Notes under the pieces: generated by a model
Told to the model about the DNA's origin: nothing
The model's database searches: none
What the model saw: only the letters and a program-made list of their open reading frames with translations
Shown here: positions 21,730 through 32,859 of the stretch, one piece after another
How positions within the stretch are numbered: position 1 is the stretch's first letter
How the letters are laid out: every line of letters starts with the position of its first letter
Source: Phoronis australis
Taxonomy: Eukaryota; Animalia; Phoronida
Direction: 5' to 3'
Assembly (NCBI GenBank): GCA_002633005.1
Contig: NMRA01000419.1
Coordinates: forward strand, 335,455-399,454
DNA length: 64,000 nucleotides
Translations under genes and position numbers: made by a program

Positions 21730-24700
21730 ATGGCTGCCCCCAGTCTCACGCCGAATCAACAAAAAGCAACCGTTCGTTCGAAGGAAAACAAGAAGAAAAC
21801 GATCCACAAGAGTTTTCTCTTGACGCCATACAACGTGTCCTGGTATGGTCCCGAAACTGTTGAGTCCCGAAACTGTTGAGTCCCGAAACTGTTGATCTCT
21901 ATCCCATTTTGAATTCGTTTTCGCGGATATCCTCAGTTTTTGGGGTTGCATGAAACAGTCTCAAATACTGAAATAGAGACTCGAGTAAGATCCCTAAGTC
22001 CTAAATCTTTTGTGTATTTGTACAATTTCCTTAGATTCAGATGTTTTCTTTTCCTATCATTTCGTCTTGGATATGAGCTCCTCTTTGATTAATGTCATTT
22101 TCTTTTACGTAATGTTGTAGATGTGCTTTTGTTCAAGGTGAATCATATGAACCTCTGTTCTGTTAGCTACTGGCTATTAACTGAATGGTTAGCACTCTCG
22201 CCTGTTTAATACTACAAATGGCATAGTTGGAAAACGGATGATCTACCAATGAAGCACTGCCAACTAAGTCATCTACTAGATACTTTATAGACTATTCCTC
22301 TACAATTGTAAACATTTAAAGGTGAAATAGCAAGTGCTTCGTGTATGTTGTGTGCAAAACAGGCTCCTACAAGTATTCGTTATTTCCACATACAATATTA
22401 GATTGTAATCAACTGTCTGAGAAATTAGTGACGGCTGTGTCTATAGAGGCCTTTCCATTAGGCCTCAAATCACTGCTGTTTTGATTACTGTGCTCTCCTC
22501 CTGTTGCCACAATGCCAATGTGAGTTACTGCAACGTAATGGAAAGGTTCAGATTCAGATGTTATAACTAAAAACTGAGAATAAGCAGGGACTTATTCCTT
22601 AAATTATGAAAGGAGCCCTATTTATTTTCAATAATGTTGTGGATTCAACCCAGAGTTCACTCTCTGATAACCAAAATTGGAACTAAAACGGTAGGAGAAA
22701 GGACAATCAGTGTTTTCACAAGTCCACAAATAAATTTAGGGAACTCAAAAGTTGTGTCCTTGCTTGGGACTGTTTCATGCAACCGGGCACTGCTGTAAAC
22801 ACGTCCTTAGCTTGATGTAAATAACCTGGGGATGTCTATTACAGCTGTTTAAAAGAAGCATAAACGTTACTTTCTGGTAACAGTCACTTGAAGGGCCTGG
22901 TCCTTTTTTGAAATTCCTCTGCTTTAGTATGTGAAAGGCCTATTATAGTAAAATGAAATGACAATATAAGGCAATAAGGCTGCGATATATGGATTTCCTG
23001 ATGAATGCGGCAACCACACCATATACACATTTCGATGAAAATGACAAGAAGTTTGCCTCCAAAGCATTTCTCACGGACGAATTATGTCTGCCATAACACG
23101 AGCCGTAATATGTCCTTGCAAAAGCGAGTTTTCTTGCAGATATGTATCCATAAGAACAGTAAAATCAAACAGCAATATGTAAAAATTTCAGTTCTATTTA
23201 GTAATGATTGGCTACCATGTCATGCTCACATTTTCACAAGAAAACAAGATTTGCTGAGATATCGATAACCAAATTGCTTACCAAGTATTTTGTCAGTGAC
23301 AAAATACTGGCATGTCTGCCAGAACACGTGCCAAAATTTGTCCGCGAGAACACATAGTTTTACTATATAATACAGGAGAGGAGTTTTGAAATGGCATCTC
23401 CTCAAGTTAAATTTTGAGTGGCTATTACTCTGTTTCTTACATCTCTCTCTGACTCGCTTTTGTAACAAAAAAAGTCAAGATGTCGATTTCAAAACAGTAC
23501 GTTCGTGACAAGTACACACGCCAGTGCTCGCTTTTTGGTTTGTTGAAGTTACACCTTTGAAAGTTTTTAAAGTGTTGCATGCTGTGTATTACAAAGTGTT
23601 TAAATCTACTCTCTTCCTTTTTCAGGCCGGTATTGGACTCTGACATCCGCAAAGATGTTGAACTGCAGATAGTGAAGTAAGTTTAGATATTCCACTGCAA
23701 GCAGCCATAACTTTTCGCTCCTTATAACAGAGGTGATAACAATGTTGAAGTTGAGTGTGCCGAGTATATAGTAGAATGTTGGCAGTGACAAAAGTTAGTG
23801 TAATGTTTTATGGTAACAGTTCTTTATTTAAACAATCTGTTTGGTCAACATTCTTCAGTTAATAGTGCTGTGTGAGCTGAAGCTAGAATGGTGGAATGTC
23901 AGATTTTTAACAAAATATGGTAGACATGTCTATTTCATTACATAGGTGACATATGACTATGCACTGCCATACACAGTATTCACCTATTTCACGAACGCGG
24001 GGCACTGCTGTCGTGTTGATCGAAAACGAGGTGCCTTGACAAACATGGCATCGTTCTGCAAGGTGGTGTGGTCAAAAGAATTATCAACGTTACCAAAAAT
24101 CAAGTTGTCTGATGTTGAATCGATCTCCAAAAAAACATACCAATACGCACGGCAACTAGACTTTTACGCTCCTCAGCCATTCCTTCGTAGTTTTCCCTCT
24201 TTTGGAAGAGTGTGGAAGTCAGGGATATACCCAGGCTTTTAGTCTTGAAAAACCCTGCTCGCCAGCTGAGCGAGTGCCGGAGCCAGAAAATCTACTCGCC
24301 CAACCCGAAGTTCAGTCACCTGGTCGTTGGCGCCAGTCACCACAAACTTGCTGCTAGTTTGAATAAAAATCATCATTTCGTGCACTGATGTCACCATCTA
24401 TTAGGGCTACCGTATTTGCCCTAATAAGCACCCAAGGGGACGCTTTTTGTAGCCTACGGCAGTTAAAACCCGGTCTCCAAAATGGGTGAAATCGGAAGCT
24501 AGAATTTATCAAATTTGCGCGCTGTGACGTATGTGTAACCTATGACAGACTTTCTACAAAACTGTGGTGCATTGCTATCAAACTCTGTTGTTAAATTACG
24601 ATCTTTTTAAAAAAATGTGCTGAAATATCAGGGCGAAAACTTGCCGACTGATGCGTCGCTGCTTCCCGATCGTCGATAGGATCTAGGACAACTTCAATTC

Positions 24701-27700
24701 TTGAGTAAAAATAGTTTCGACTCAAATTACCTGAAGTCCTCCTTAAGTTTTCCAAATAGCCTTTCCTAAGATTCTTAAGTTCCGGTGGACTCGGAGTCGG
24801 GATTAACCATAGATTAAGTCAAAATCTACACTAGATCGCACCCCGCAACAAGAAAAATCTGGACGAACACATATGTTGTTGTCACGTGACGTTTGTATTG
24901 AAGTGAGTCAACAAGTGTGCACCGAGTCAGCGAGCGCGTGCGTGTCATCAGTGTTCATTTGCCAGAGTAGCAGGCCCAATGAGCTGTATATGTAGTATAT
25001 TTATCTCATTGAGCAGGCCCACATATTATATGTAGGCCCTAGCGCGCGCTTCTTGGCCAAGTTTCGATTCGCGGTTTTTATAATTTTACGTTTGCAAAGC
25101 AATCTGGATTCCTGTTGTGGGAGAAGATCTTTACGGGATAGATACAATACCAATCCCGTTGACTAGTACGCTGCGTCTGTTCTGAAGGGCCAGACGATAT
25201 AATGTGACACTTTCCTCGCAAGATCAGCAAATCTTTTGCGTTCTTTTTGAAGCACTGCGGAACGGTTTGAAGAGTACAGCCACGGCTAAATACCGACATA
25301 GCGGCGAGGCTCGTGGTCTACTAGAAATTCCGCGCACAATGATTTTTCAAGACTGTCGGATATTATTGATAAATTGAATACATTACTGGAGAATTTTAGA
25401 ACTGTGAGGTAAGACATTTTTCGCACAAATATATACACTTTCATGGACTGGGCGCTTATTTTAGCGAAGTCTGAAAACAAGTGGGGACGCTTATAGGGGC
25501 ATGGGCGCTTCTTAGAACGAATGTTAGAAAAAGAATTTTGGTTAAAATGACATTGTACATTACAATAAGAAATCAGTTCCAAGAAATATGGTATTTCATT
25601 TGCTATGAGCACATGGACCGGTCTTCCACCTTTCTCCCCTTTTCTTCGTTTCGGACTAGTCCACAAATTCTTTATGCATGACCACACACTGTGATTTTTT
25701 TGACGAATCGCGTAACGGGTGACATGTACTGAATCAGTATGGTCGCACTGCGCCGATGTTTTTTACTGCCGGAGCATTGACACGATGACCAAACTGAACC
25801 TTAAATTCATGTTAAAAACAGCACAAGGAGGAGGAAAATTATTCATATTCATCTGGGAAACGATATATAGTGCTTTTGCGCTCTTAAATTCGCTTGCCAC
25901 CTGGTCGACCGGCAAGTTAACTTCTACTCGCCCAGCACCATTTTTACTCGCATTGGCGACTTGGGGAGTGGCTAAGTACATCCCTGGGAAGGATACCGAC
26001 GAGTTATTACTGGAATTGGTACGTTCAGGCACTGCACAGTACACCATCATGGCCAGCTGATGATCACTCACGAGGTTTTATCAGTGTGCCTAGTTTTCGA
26101 TCAGTATTTAAAGATGGCGTGGGAAGATGGCGCTTTCGTGAAATAGGTGACTAGGGCAAAATTTTCATATACATGTAGCTAGGTGGTATGATGCTTGCTG
26201 CACATTGTTGTAGAAAGGCAATCATAATGGGCTTTTATTTTCATAATTCTGCAAAACAGTTTACTTATACCTAAACGTGTGTTGTAAAATGTATGTTTGA
26301 ATAACTGCTTTGAAAATCTGTAAAACCCCATCCTTATCACAACAAACTGTTTTAGAGTCTTTGAAGAGATGGATGTAAATTACTGCACAGTTCCAGCACA
26401 CCTGTCTGGTAAGAAGAAAGTGACAGAGAGACAGGCCTACCTGGAAAAGATGAAACATGATCAAGAATATCAGAGAAAAAAGGCTTACAGGTATATCCTA
26501 ATTCAAGGGAAGTCTTAAACTCAAATCCTATCATGATTTGTGTCAGAAAGACTGTTTCAGTCTAGTATTTTCATCTTTTTCTCTTTCATTTTCACGGTTT
26601 ATTAATAGTTTCAACAGCATGTTTTTAAAAACTTGATCACTTCCCTGAGCCCAATTTCTAACTGTATTCTCCATCTTTAAAAACAGAGAGATATCTCAAA
26701 GCCTCATTCCACTCTTGAGGTACGTTAAAATGGTCTCTGTTAAGTGATAGTGTTGAGCCATTCAGCCAGTCGGTGGCATTGTCACGGTTTTATTATGAGT
26801 CTAAGTTACATGATTCCTCTTTATTTGAATATTAAAATTCATTTGTTTATACTGAGAGACATACGTGTTTCAGAGATCAGTTGACTATTGGAATGAATGA
26901 GACGACCAGAGCCTTGGAGAAGGGAAACCTTCAGGCTGTCATGATTTCACGAGAGCTCAACACCAACATGAAAGTTATGTATCAACATATGGCAGTTCTA
27001 TGTCATGTCCGAGATTGTCCAGCGCTGAGTATCTCCGAGTTGGTTCAACTGTTGAAACCTGTACTCCACATGGACACAATATCTGCAATTGGGATAAAAG
27101 TTAGTAGGAATTTTAATCTGAATAGTCAGCTATGAAAACCTGTAGTGTACTGATGAGCTTATTAGTGTGCATCAGTTCAGGTAAACTAAAGGAGGTTATA
27201 TCAAGTGCTAGAGAAATATTCGTTTCTTCCATTCACCGCATTTTTATGAACAGCATGCTTAGGTGTTTTAATTATTGACTGCCGCGCATATCATAGACTT
27301 TGTGTTACAAGCACTTGTTTGCAGCATACAACTGTTTCACTATCTTTACAAAGAGGTATAATGGCTTTTCTCACAATGAGTTGCATATCATCCTCCAGAT
27401 CACATGACTTTGTCTAGTCACGGCTGGGTTACCTTCATTGTGTCCAAAGGGGTATAATGGCCTTTCTCACAATGAATTGCGTAACATCCTCCAAGTCACA
27501 CGGCATCATCTGTTTGCCATGGCTGGGTGACCTTCACTGTGTGCAAAGTACTTTAAGTAATGCACCCACATGCAGAATATGAATGAATGGATGAAATTAT
27601 TTCTTAATAGCTACATGTGTTCAAGAGGTTTATATACTGATAATAATATTTGAACTGTAGCATCTTGTCTGTTGTGCTCATAAAGTTATTGCTATGCATC

Positions 27701-29040
27701 TTGTCTATTGTGCTCATAAAGTTATTGCTATGAGTTAAACAAAAAGTATGGTCTGCATTTCAGTAAAGCATAGTACAAAAACACAGAAAGCTTTTTGAAC
27801 AGAATAAGCATTGATTTTTTTATCTCCATCAGTGTTTCTCGGAATTTATTATAGAGAGTACAATCACCCACAAAATCATTATACAGAGTACAATCACCCA
27901 CAAAATCATTTTACATAGTACAATCACCCCAAAATCATTATACGGAGTACAATCACCCACAAAATGAAGTTCTCCTACAATGTTGTTATTACATAATTAG
28001 CATGATCTATCTTCTGGTTAAAGTATTTGTGTATCTGTTAGCTTCCAAACATGAGCCGACAAAATAAAGACTTCCTGGCTCTTGATAGACAACAATGGTC
28101 TTTAGCTTTAAAAATTTGTTGGAATGTCATGCAAGTTCTCTCGATACCCTCCCTTCAACTGGACGCTCACTCCAAATAGTAAACACTACACAAGAATAGA
28201 TTTTATTATGTTTTGGGGATAATAGCTATCTATGTTTTGTTTGCCTTTTGTTCATACCTTGTTATGTATGTTTTGTACATTTTGTTATTTTGTTTAAATT
28301 GTATAAAAAGGAAATTTGAAGTCTTATTTTAAATCCATTTGTGAATGTTTGTATTCCAGAAAACAGAAGCCAAAGAGGCCGACTCACCTGTTGAAAAGCT
28401 TGTGGATATTATCAAGTGTAATGCACTACCTATTGAGGTACCTTGGTTACCAGGGAAAGGTCAAGACCTTGATGAAATGTTCAGTGTTGGTGGCAGTGAG
28501 TCAAATAAAAATGATAATGAAGAAACAAGGACAGAAACAAAATATTCATATACCAAATTTGAAAGTAAAGTTGAAACTTCTCTGGTAAAATTTGAAGAGG
28601 AACCAAAGGTCTGTGACAGCACTGATACTAGAGTAGACAATCAGGACATGGTCAACACCATGACTAAAGACTTAATGATTAAACCAGATGTTGCTGGTTT
28701 TGAATCCCTTCACCAAGGACGATCCAATATCTGTCAATCTTCAAACCCTTATGTGTTGAAAACGGATTGTTTGTGTCATAAAAAATCACAGTTCGGGGAT
28801 GGCTTTATATCACTGAAAAGTGTCGACAACAACGAGGACAGTGGTGATGAAATAGTATACACCGTGACAGGACCACAGCGAAGACGGAAGTCATTACTGC
28901 AGGACTCTATGGAAGGAAGTGGTGAGCCTAACAGGAAAAAGGTCAAGAAAAATGACTTTGTTAAGATGCGCGTGGCAAAGGTGGACGTTTCACAAAAAGA
29001 AAAGAAAAAGAAGAAAAAGAAACTCCAGTTCAAGAAATAA
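21730..29040 (+). CDS. RPP38: Ribonuclease P/MRP subunit p38 (L7Ae family), about 412 aa with an extended C-terminus
   Basis: Exons: 21730-21842 (MAAPSL..KSFLLTPYNVSW), 23626-23676, 26356-26490, probable 33-nt exon 26687-26719, 26874-27099 (DQLTIGMNETTRALEKGNLQAVMI..HMAVLCHVRDCPAL..ISAIGIK, L7Ae fold), 28360-29040 (IEVPWL.. poly-Lys tail, TAA). The PYxxxW, QLxIGxNExTRALE and VPWL motifs match RPP38. Confidence 0.85.
21848..21895. repeat. 16-bp tandem repeat x3 just after the RPP38 exon-1 donor
   Basis: GTCCCGAAACTGTTGA repeated. Confidence 0.85.
24220..25986. mobile_element. hAT-like non-autonomous element nested in the previous element
   Basis: TIR CAGGGATATAC...GTACATCCCTG with flanks GGAAGT/GGAAGG and CTCGCC/GGCGAG subterminal repeats. 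Its right ~450 bp recur inverted at 61731-62175. Confidence 0.72.
24408..25525. mobile_element. Tc1/mariner-pogo-like non-autonomous element (TA|CCGTATTTGCCCTAATAAGC end), innermost in the nest
   Basis: Left end TACCGTATTTGCCCTAATAAGCACCC. Degenerate inverted right end with GGGCGCTTATT, GGGACGCTTATAG and GGGCGCTTCTTAG repeats at 25450-25520. Confidence 0.5.
27855..27965. repeat. ~30-bp minisatellite x4
   Basis: AGAGTACAATCACCCACAAAATCATTATAC variants. Confidence 0.85.
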
Positions 29041-30620
29041 AATGTCTAAACACAATATGTATCCATATGTTGCCATTAACATTAAATCCACTATACACCG
29101 TGTCAACAGGGGTCAATATTTGCTCTTCCCCAGCAATACTCACCTTATTCTTTTTAACTGAAATTGGCAAGAGTGAGTAAACTGCCTGTAATCCCTCTGG
29201 TGGCAATAGTCTTGGTGATTAACTAACCCAGCATGTCATGACTTAATGGGCATGGTGTCTGAAGCCAGCATACATAATGACTTAATGGACGTGGTGTCTG
29301 AAGCAATTATAATTCATTCCTTCTTCTCCAGCCTAAGTTACTGACCTGTCAATCAAAAAGTTGTTTCTGATAGGCACATGTGTATGTATCTGTACCTCTC
29401 TGATTTATAAACACATAAGATCATAAATCTTACACTGGGATCCAAAGCACATCCCACCAACCCTTCGCTTTTACTGTCACCACAGTACACTAACATCAGA
29501 CAAGTTGGTGATGTCGGGCACAGCCCAAGCTGAACACAATCCCAGTTTCAAGTGACTTTTTCCCCAGCAACCAGTCAAACACGATTGGAATAATCACAGT
29601 TGTTACACGGTGACAATCTGTAACATGTAGGTGGTCTATTAGTTATCACATTGCTCTCTTATTTGTCTATTCTCTTCAACGATGTTTAATGCTGTTTGCT
29701 CAATTTGACTTTGCTCTTGCAATGCTATAGAGTTGTATGTAGTGTGTCTCCCATTAGATATACCTCAAACATAAAACTAAGGAAAAAGCATCGTGTGTAA
29801 GATGTACATCAGAACAGCACTTTGAGTTCAATGGGATACTGTATGCATGCAGAACAGAAATGAAGCTAGTTTTGCTTGTGAATGATGCAATGGTCATCCA
29901 TGCATATCTGCGCAATCTGAATACCTTCCCATTTGTTAGGCACTGCCAGTACCAATAACAACAATGATTTACCACCTCTCCACCTGCCACTGTGTGCGTA
30001 ATTGTACAAAACACATTTAATTTTATGACTGTATTAAGTACAGAAACTGGAAGCATTCATATTACAAAATTCTGTAATTTTTTGCCTGAGCCCATTGTTC
30101 ATTTGGCAATGTGTTATAAGTATAATTTAAAATAATCTACAAAATAATACATTAACAACAAACTCACAATACACAACTACACATAGTCACACTCACATGC
30201 AGGTAACATTAAACCAATCAAAATTTGTTCAGTTGCACAGTTTGAGAAATTGAACTACTGTTCCTACAGTAACACATGGGTCATGAATTGCAGTCCACTG
30301 GAAATGACTTCTATCTACGACCTAAACTGTACATTAATAACCACCTAATATGTTATTATTACAAAATTAGATGACAATTCAGTAAAAAATGAAGACATGA
30401 CACTCTTGAGACAATGCATCTAAAGGAGTATTGTCAAAATACCTGATTTTTTTCGTTGTTTAATTTCATCACGACAAATTTGTCACTTAATAAATAAAAA
30501 ATAAGAAAAAACAATAAATCAAAAAAAAAACACTAAAAACAAACAGCTGGTTACTTAAGTAAACGACTACAACATGTGATTGCAACTACTCTGTTACTAA
30601 CAACAAAATTATACAAACTC

Positions 30621-30683
30621 CATATGGCCCTACTCTTCACTCCGTATGGCCCTACTCTTCACTCCAAATGGCCCTACTCTTCA
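30621..30683. repeat. 22-bp tandem repeat x3
   Basis: ATGGCCCTACTCTTCACTCC repeated. Confidence 0.8.
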
Positions 30684-31784
30684 TATACATCAGTAATCTT
30701 TACTCATATATCTGTTTTCCAAAAACTTTCCTGAATACAATAAAATTAATATTTCCAAAGAACATTGTTTGATAATTCACATACTTACCTGCATTATAGA
30801 AACAAACAAATTTTCCTCAATATTGGCTGATTCATAAATTATTTGACAAAATGAAAAATTATTCCATTTTATAACTTGCAGAATCTTTCCCTTTGGTCAC
30901 ACAGGTTACGTCATCGCCATTAGTGAAGATTGCAGGTAATCGTACACAGTGCTCAGGCATATTCCTCACCATTTGCCATAACCACAAGCGGTGATAGCTA
31001 GAGTGTTACCTGGGTAGAGTTGAATGACACTAGGACTTCACTAGAAAAGCAAGATTTCACGAGATATTGTCGTGTATTTTCAATGAGAGCATGTTTGTTC
31101 TGCCTAGATGTTTCTCGCAGTGAGACAGCAACTGAACTCTACCCCAGCATACGTCACTACAATTGTTAGTAGTATATTTTATTTAAGAATCCAAAAGTGT
31201 TGCCTTGTAAATATCCATTATGAAAAGGGTTGTCTAAACACATTGGGTATATTTGCGCGCCATTCATACTTTCGCTTGTCATAGACGACTGGCTTCATCA
31301 GAATGACAAAGATTGCCACTAGGGGTTTCGTATGCAGCAGGAACCTGGTCGTAGATGCAAGGTAATTTCAAGCCTCCGTCCTTATTAATAGAAGTAGCGA
31401 GTCACCTGATGTGGATAGCTTCTCTGATCTTTCTTGGAATGTACCTATCTTCTTTCTAATAGGGACGAAGGCTTGGAATAGCTGACTTTCGAAATAGCCG
31501 TGCCATATTGAAATTCACTAACCCACCAAACGATGATCAGGTCTTCTGTGGACATGCGTTGAGCGCCACCTACAGATCCTATGAAATACCCACGGGAAGT
31601 TTCAACAGCAGCATTTTAACACCTTTCCTGCCATTACAATGCTACCAAACTTCCACTGTTTTGTGGTGGGCTATACAAATGCTTTGTGAAAAAGGAAAAC
31701 CTTTTGTAGTATCAATTGATGAGCTAGGATGACCTGTTCTATAAATTTCCCACTGCAAAGATGTATCTGTGACAAAGTCGGTGG

Positions 31785-32282
31785 CTGTGACCATAGATTA
31801 TTGTACTATAGTCTATGCTGTGACCATAGATTATTGTACTATAGTCTATGCTGTGACCATAGATTATTGTACTATAGTCTATGCTGTGACCATAGATTAT
31901 TGTACTATAGTCTATGCTGTGACCATAGATTATTGTACTATAGTCTATGCTGTGACCATAGATTATTGTACTATAGTCTATGCTGTGACCATAGATTATT
32001 GTACTATAGTCTATGCTGTGACCATAGATTATTGTACTATAGTCTATGCTGTGACCATAGATTATTGTACTATAGTCTATGCTGTGACCATAGATTATTG
32101 TACTATAGTCTATGCTGTGACCATAGATTATTGTACTATAGTCTATGCTGTGACCATAGATTATTGTACTATAGTCTATGCTGTGACCATAGATTATTGT
32201 ACTATAGTCTATGCTGTGACCATAGATTATTGTACTATAGTCTATGCTGTGACCATAGATTATTGTACGTCTATGCTGTGAC
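31785..32282. repeat. Homogeneous 33-bp minisatellite (~15 copies) with a near-palindromic unit
   Basis: Unit GCTGTGACCATAGATTATTGTACTATAGTCTAT, no spacers. Confidence 0.95.
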
Positions 32283-32859
32283 TGATGAAGTAGGAGAATA
32301 TTGATCCAAGCCAGTGTAGAAAAGCTATTAAAAATAAATCTTTAGTGAATTTCAACTAATCAAACAATGGGAAGGGCTGACTGTGGAATTCATTTCTCTG
32401 CCTTTATACTCATAAATCACTTTGTAATAATTCAATTTCTGTCCACCTAATCCGAGTCGGAATCAATCAGAAGTCACTTTCATGTCAATATGAAAAATAC
32501 TTTGATATTACCTTGCATCTACAACTAGGCTCTTGCCACATATGTACTCCCGAGTGGCAATCTGGATTATGGTGAAGTCAGTTGTCTCTATGGTGAGAAA
32601 ATATATTAAGTGCTTGTGTACCGATAACCCTTTTTGTACTTTTAATCGTTATCATATGGCACATAATACAAGTCTGAAGACATTATTGACAGAAAACTGC
32701 TTATTATGCAATTAACATACGTTTGTTTTGACTAAATCAAATAATCAAAATAACTGTGCACTATTCTTTCGCAAGATGAAGTGACCAGCCTCCTCAAACA
32801 TCACTCAGGTCCAAGTCACTGTCCTCTCAGTCCCAGTCACCAACACTGACCAATGATCA

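Larger units (their letters stand above)
23979..26151. mobile_element. TIR element hosting nested insertions in RPP38 intron 2
   Basis: TIR TCACCTATTTCACGAA...TTCGTGAAATAGGTGA flanked by TA. Confidence 0.7.

Noticed and set aside
31729-32304. CRISPR-like array, or 191-aa/170-aa repeat proteins
   Set aside because: Units are contiguous with no unique spacers, there are no cas genes, and the context is eukaryotic. The ORFs stay open only because a 33-bp unit lacks stops.
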